Part shown: positions 45,252 to 49,116 of the stretch, piece after piece
How positions within the stretch are numbered: the stretch's first letter is position 1
Layout of the letters: each line of letters begins with the position of its first letter
IMG/VR virus record: IMGVR_UViG_3300005805_000129
Coordinates: 1-49,116 of that record
Direction: 5' to 3' (one strand)
Length of the DNA: 49,116 nucleotides
Source of the DNA: a virus
Taxonomy: Duplodnaviria; Caudoviricetes
Translations under genes and position numbers: made by a program
The notes under the pieces: model-generated
Databases searched by the model: none
Told to the model about the DNA's origin: nothing
The model's input: only the letters and a program-made list of their open reading frames with translations

Positions 45252-45710
45252 CTATGAGGCTTCTTCTTCTAAGATCTCTTTTGTCATGGATTCTAGGTCG
45301 TAGTACTTGGACCAGTAATTACCCCACTCCCCTTTATTTAGGGGGAGTTTAAATTCGGATGCTACAGTCCTGTAGTCCTCAGACCAAGAGAACACATCCC
45401 AGTCGGTTGTTGTCGAATCCAAGGCTTCTTCAAACTCATCAACAAAGGCTTGCGCTGTCTCGCGACAAAGCTCTTTAATCCTGTTAATGATATCTGGTGA
45501 ATCTGGAAACTCTCCAGTGCGATCGCTTAACTCAAACTCAATATCTACCTCTGCATACGCCTCATCGAATTCATCCTCGTCTGCGTAATATTCGTCACCA
45601 CTAACGGGGTTAGTAATGACGTGACGACCATCTTCTAGTACAAGTAGTTCAATCGGAGGTTTTCTATTGTTAGGAAAGTTTTTGCTTGTGTAGATTTCTA
45701 CGATTTTCAT
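45252..45710 (-). CDS. Hypothetical acidic protein
   Basis: 152 aa with RBS GGAGGA. Confidence 0.7.
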   Translation of the reverse strand: MKIVEIYTSKNFPNNRKPPIELLVLEDGRHVITNPVSGDEYYADEDEFDEAYAEVDIEFELSDRTGEFPDSPDIINRIKELCRETAQAFVDEFEEALDSTTTDWDVFSWSEDYRTVASEFKLPLNKGEWGNYWSKYYDLESMTKEILEEEAS

Positions 45711-46115
45711 TTAAAGTCCTCCTGCGATCGCTTGGGCTTGCTTAATACCTTCACGAATCGCCTCCGCGCAGTCATCATAGGCAGTCCATTCATAGTTGTT
45801 TGGAGTGCCCACACAAACGCGCTTGTAGTCCAAATCAAGCCAAGAATTTTTACTGAAATAAATATCCACTTCGCCCAAATCCAAAGAGTCGGGATTTGTC
45901 TGAATTCCAAAACTTAGAGCGAGATCCTTTTGGTCTTGCCAGAGATCAGCGTCTTTTTTAAAGGCGTTTACAAGGGCTTCGACGCTCCACTGCGATGCTT
46001 TGTAAGCAGACCCGACTCTAGCTACCATGCCTATAAGATTGTTGCCTGCCCACTTTTTAGCAAGATACCGACACGATTCTAAAGAGCCAATTGAGCTGTA
46101 TTGAATTGCTTTCAT
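45711..46115 (-). CDS. Hypothetical protein
   Basis: 134 aa with RBS GAGG, abutting the next gene. Confidence 0.7.
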   Translation of the reverse strand: MKAIQYSSIGSLESCRYLAKKWAGNNLIGMVARVGSAYKASQWSVEALVNAFKKDADLWQDQKDLALSFGIQTNPDSLDLGEVDIYFSKNSWLDLDYKRVCVGTPNNYEWTAYDDCAEAIREGIKQAQAIAGGL

Positions 46116-46261
46116 TACGATTTCCTCGTTGTTTGGTTTACATACGCTCTTTTGAGCGATCGCCTGACGGCATCTGAGGTTTATTAAGTATATATAGACA
46201 ACCCTGCAAGATTTTTGCAGGGCGATCGCTTAGAGAATAACAAAGTCAGATGCGATCGCTA

Positions 46262-46618
46262 TTAAAAGCTGTATTTAAACCGATTCTCCCATAAAGCCTT
46301 CAAAGCTTCATCTCGGCTTTCGCCTTCGTAAATAACCTCAGAATCAGTACCAACCTCCTCGTTCCACTCGTGATGCAAGTCTGCTCTCCATTTCTTGTAG
46401 CCGACAATTTCGCCATCATCAAAGATTGGCTCTCTCCCATCGACTCCGCCAACGCACTCCCACCTGGAAGGAGTGTCGATTGAGTGACATAGGTAACAAT
46501 TTCCGAGACCCTCTGGGTAATTAGTATTTTCGTCAATCCAGTAGCTGTAACCAAGGTCGTGGAAAAGGACACGAATATTTCGATTCATCTTGTAATAGCT
46601 AAATGTTGCGGTAGTCAT
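46262..46618 (-). CDS. Hypothetical protein
   Basis: 118 aa with a 4-bp overlap to the upstream gene. Confidence 0.7.
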   Translation of the reverse strand: MTTATFSYYKMNRNIRVLFHDLGYSYWIDENTNYPEGLGNCYLCHSIDTPSRWECVGGVDGREPIFDDGEIVGYKKWRADLHHEWNEEVGTDSEVIYEGESRDEALKALWENRFKYSF

Positions 46619-46902
46619 AGTCGTTTTACCAATAATTTATTCTGCTGTTTCTGCGCGATCGCCTTAGCCTCCATCCGTTTCCGCCAGTTAGCTTCACGGG
46701 CGAGATCTTCGGCGATCGCATCTATCAACAACTGCGGATAAAGATTACCCGCATCATCGACAATCGCATACTTGGACATATCATCCTTATCCCGCAAGCG
46801 CCACAGATTCCACTTGAGTATGCGGATGTTATCTGTGGCACATTGGGAATATAGGCGATCGCCGTTAGGGAGTATTTGGCGGATTCGGTACTGCTTCGTC
46901 AT
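46615..46902 (-). CDS. Hypothetical protein
   Basis: 95 aa with RBS GAGG. Confidence 0.65.
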   Translation of the reverse strand: MTKQYRIRQILPNGDRLYSQCATDNIRILKWNLWRLRDKDDMSKYAIVDDAGNLYPQLLIDAIAEDLAREANWRKRMEAKAIAQKQQNKLLVKRL

Positions 46903-47236
46903 CCTCTAGCATGTCCTCCGTAAAAATCTCCAAACCGACATACTGGATACCCCAAGGGCAGACCACAGCAAATACGCGATCAGGTTCGCTTAGGATCTTG
47001 CCAGTGACATCTTCAACCCCATTAGGTAGATTGTCGGGTAACTCATCATCAGGGAGTTCATAGATATCGCAGCCCTGCTGGTTCCACTCCCGTTCAAATT
47101 CTTCATAGGTCAGCAGATCGTCGTCTGAAGGGTGTAAAGGTATTCCGCCATCGGCAATCCACTGGTCAAAACCCGAAGGATCGGGCTTGATTGTTACGGG
47201 GTAATAAAGGGACTCTGTAGATCCTAAAATTGCCAT
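46865..47236 (-). CDS. Hypothetical acidic protein
   Basis: 123 aa with RBS AGGAG. Confidence 0.65.
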   Translation of the reverse strand: MAILGSTESLYYPVTIKPDPSGFDQWIADGGIPLHPSDDDLLTYEEFEREWNQQGCDIYELPDDELPDNLPNGVEDVTGKILSEPDRVFAVVCPWGIQYVGLEIFTEDMLEDDEAVPNPPNTP

Positions 47237-47294
47237 CGATTTTCTCCTGATAATATTTACAAGTGATCGCCTGACGCAGACGAATCGCGTTTGA

Positions 47295-47504
47295 TCATCT
47301 CATAGACTCAAGTTTTTGAATGCGACGGCGCAAATCCCTTACTTCGCTTCGCAGGCTCTCGATCTCACTGTCTGCACACTCAAAGACAGTTGACATCCAT
47401 CCTTGCATTCTGCCGACTGGGGCTTCCCGTCCTCCGACTGGACACTGATTGGTCTGATAGTGATGAAGATCCTCTGGAGCACCACAGTTTTTGCATTGCT
47501 TCAT
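47295..47504 (-). CDS. Small Zn-binding protein with coiled-coil tail
   Basis: CKNCG..HH..C; IESLRSEVRDLRRRIQKLE. Confidence 0.65.
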   Translation of the reverse strand: MKQCKNCGAPEDLHHYQTNQCPVGGREAPVGRMQGWMSTVFECADSEIESLRSEVRDLRRRIQKLESMR

Positions 47505-47537
47505 AGTTTTAGTCCTTATGTTTATAATCGCAGCTAA

Positions 47538-47873
47538 CTAATCCGAACCTAGAGCCACTCGAAGCAACTCCACAACTCCGTAAACCACAAGCCCTGTACC
47601 TACAACACCCTTAGCTCCGTGACCAACGGCTTTAAGGGTGTTGCCTTTTCTGTGCGATCGCGCCATGTCCATAAACTCGTTGATAGCCAGTTCAGTGCAA
47701 TCACCCATAGAGTCGCTTACGTGATCACCAAAGGTTGCTAAGTCCATGCTGTCGTAATCAGGCTCTACAGTCTCAACGAACACCTTCTTCTTGCGACCTC
47801 TCTTTGGCTTCTGCTGAGCAGCTCGAACGGTAAGATATCGATCAAGTTTTTCCGCAAATTCTTCGTCTGTCAT
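47538..47873 (-). CDS. Hypothetical protein with C-terminal hydrophobic helix
   Basis: GVVGTGLVVYGVVELLRVAL. Confidence 0.65.
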   Translation of the reverse strand: MTDEEFAEKLDRYLTVRAAQQKPKRGRKKKVFVETVEPDYDSMDLATFGDHVSDSMGDCTELAINEFMDMARSHRKGNTLKAVGHGAKGVVGTGLVVYGVVELLRVALGSD

Positions 47874-47952
47874 TTTCTACCTGTTGTTTTGTTGTTGTTT
47901 TGTGTTATTCAAGGCATGGGTAGGGTGGCGATCGCGGATTGTTGTTCATGAC

Positions 47953-48267
47953 TTAGCTGGGGACTCCGTACCTTTCAATAGCTCTAGCGATCGCACTCTC
48001 AGATAGGGGCATAATCTCATCCGCTTCAGGAGTCCAAGAAGGGACATTACAGCGATACCAAACCTGAATATTGTCAATCGCAAAGTCGCCGAGAAAAGCT
48101 CCTAGTATTTGGCTTCGCTCTAGCTCGCCCGATGTAGATGGGTAGTAAAACTCGAACCCGCTTGGGTAGATGCGATGCTGTTCCGCAAGCTCTTGAAGTT
48201 TTTGTTGTTTTACCTCTTCTGCCCAAGCTATTACGCTGTTCGCAGCATCGTGCAATTCTGGATTCAT
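47953..48267 (-). CDS. Hypothetical protein, paralog of 48268-48585
   Basis: Shared R.YP.GFEF, YRC.V..W and P.SE.AI. Confidence 0.75.
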   Translation of the reverse strand: MNPELHDAANSVIAWAEEVKQQKLQELAEQHRIYPSGFEFYYPSTSGELERSQILGAFLGDFAIDNIQVWYRCNVPSWTPEADEIMPLSESAIARAIERYGVPS

Positions 48268-48585
48268 CTAAGCCTCCTGTGAAAAGCGTTTAACAAATGA
48301 AGTGATCGCCGTCTCAGAAATAGGACTCGAGTGTCCAGACCACGAGTTCCACGCTGAGACTTTGCAACGATAAAAAATCCGAGCATCAAGAGTAATGTCA
48401 GCGCCAGAGATAAAAGCCGACACGATCCGAAACCTCTCTACCCTCTCGCCTATGTTGCGGGAAAACTCAAAGCCATCGGGATATAGTCGAACACTCTCAA
48501 CAAGTGCCTGAAGCTCAACTCGTTTGAGTCCTTCAAAGTGGTCGTCGATTTGTTGGACGATCTTGCTTAATTCTTTTGAGTCCAC
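48268..48585 (-). CDS. Hypothetical protein, paralog of 47953-48267
   Basis: Same shared motifs. GTG start after AGGAG. Confidence 0.75.
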   Translation of the reverse strand: MDSKELSKIVQQIDDHFEGLKRVELQALVESVRLYPDGFEFSRNIGERVERFRIVSAFISGADITLDARIFYRCKVSAWNSWSGHSSPISETAITSFVKRFSQEA

Positions 48586-48711
48586 CTAAATCTCCTGTTT
48601 GTTGTCGTAAGATTTGACGATGATATAAGTAATCCCGTTGCGACGAACGGGGTATCGGGCTGAGCGATTAGGCGATCGTTTGTTATTATGATTCACCACT
48701 GTTTTAGCCAT
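48586..48711 (-). CDS. 41-aa basic peptide missed by the ORF track
   Basis: GAGGA RBS plus ATG, duplicated as a 12-bp tandem repeat at 48709-48732. The stop abuts the next start. Confidence 0.45.
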   Translation of the reverse strand: MAKTVVNHNNKRSPNRSARYPVRRNGITYIIVKSYDNKQEI

Positions 48712-48722
48712 TAGTCCTCTCA

Positions 48723-48911
48723 TTAGTCCTCTACGGTTACGAGTTCATTGGGGGCAGAATAAGCCTTACCCTTATCTGTGTAGACTTTCCACAGCCCATT
48801 AGGTCTGTTGTCGTTAATTGGCTCAGGGAGACCGCTTGCTACCTCCCAGTCAAAATCTGGGATTAAGAAGCGATCGCCTGCTACGAGATCTCGAAACTTC
48901 TTGAATTTCAT
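48723..48911 (-). CDS. Small SH3-like hypothetical protein
   Basis: KKFRDLVAGDRF.. Confidence 0.6.
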   Translation of the reverse strand: MKFKKFRDLVAGDRFLIPDFDWEVASGLPEPINDNRPNGLWKVYTDKGKAYSAPNELVTVED

Positions 48912-49115
48912 TCAACTATCTAAGTATGAAAGTTCACGAGGCGAAAGCTCTGCTTCTTCATAGAACTCAAGAGAACCAAAGCTGTACGAAGCGGTCTGTT
49001 TCCAATCGTCTCCATACTCTTCAATCATGAATTCTTGAGCGTCTTTATGCGCCTGCTTTAAACCTTCAGAAATTTTCTCGGAACGATTGTCGTCACCCTC
49101 TAGTGTACAGACACT
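48912..49115 (-). CDS. 3' part of a gene entering from outside the window
   Basis: Open frame ..KQAHKDAQEFMIEEYGDDWK..YLDS*. The stop abuts the next ATG. Confidence 0.55.
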   Translation of the reverse strand, partial: SVCTLEGDDNRSEKISEGLKQAHKDAQEFMIEEYGDDWKQTASYSFGSLEFYEEAELSPRELSYLDS

Positions 49116-49116
49116 G

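Noticed and set aside
1-49116. CRISPR array, retron or diversity-generating retroelement
   Set aside because: No regularly spaced repeats, no reverse transcriptase motif, and no TR/VR pair noticed near the tail fibre.

Overview
This window is part of a temperate siphovirus-like phage or prophage of a cyanobacterium. The host inference comes from the HIP1 octamer GCGATCGC, with about 16 perfect copies in the first 10 kb by manual count. From left to right it holds: (1) a BRO antirepressor frameshifted by a perfect 65-bp palindrome; (2) a leftward XRE / HicB-like / ParB-methyltransferase-like operon; (3) a head module with a DUF2213 protease-scaffold, decoration protein, DUF2184 capsid and DUF4054 adaptor, plus a DUF2829 (Tad2-like) gene; (4) five modular genes sharing an [RK]xD motif, Cys-knuckle or EVKVP..GRKAYSY tags and variable payloads, which I infer are capsid-packaged cargo; (5) a ~2,900-aa tape measure; (6) an IS605 element; (7) tail genes, interrupted by a ~490-nt, densely base-paired non-coding region with its own sigma70-like promoter, a candidate large phage ncRNA; (8) a convergent block of small early genes, with a second IS605 element splitting a two-HTH gene in frame. 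I recognised no terminase, portal, integrase, lysin, tRNA or CRISPR array. Family assignments come from motif recognition by eye, not database searches.
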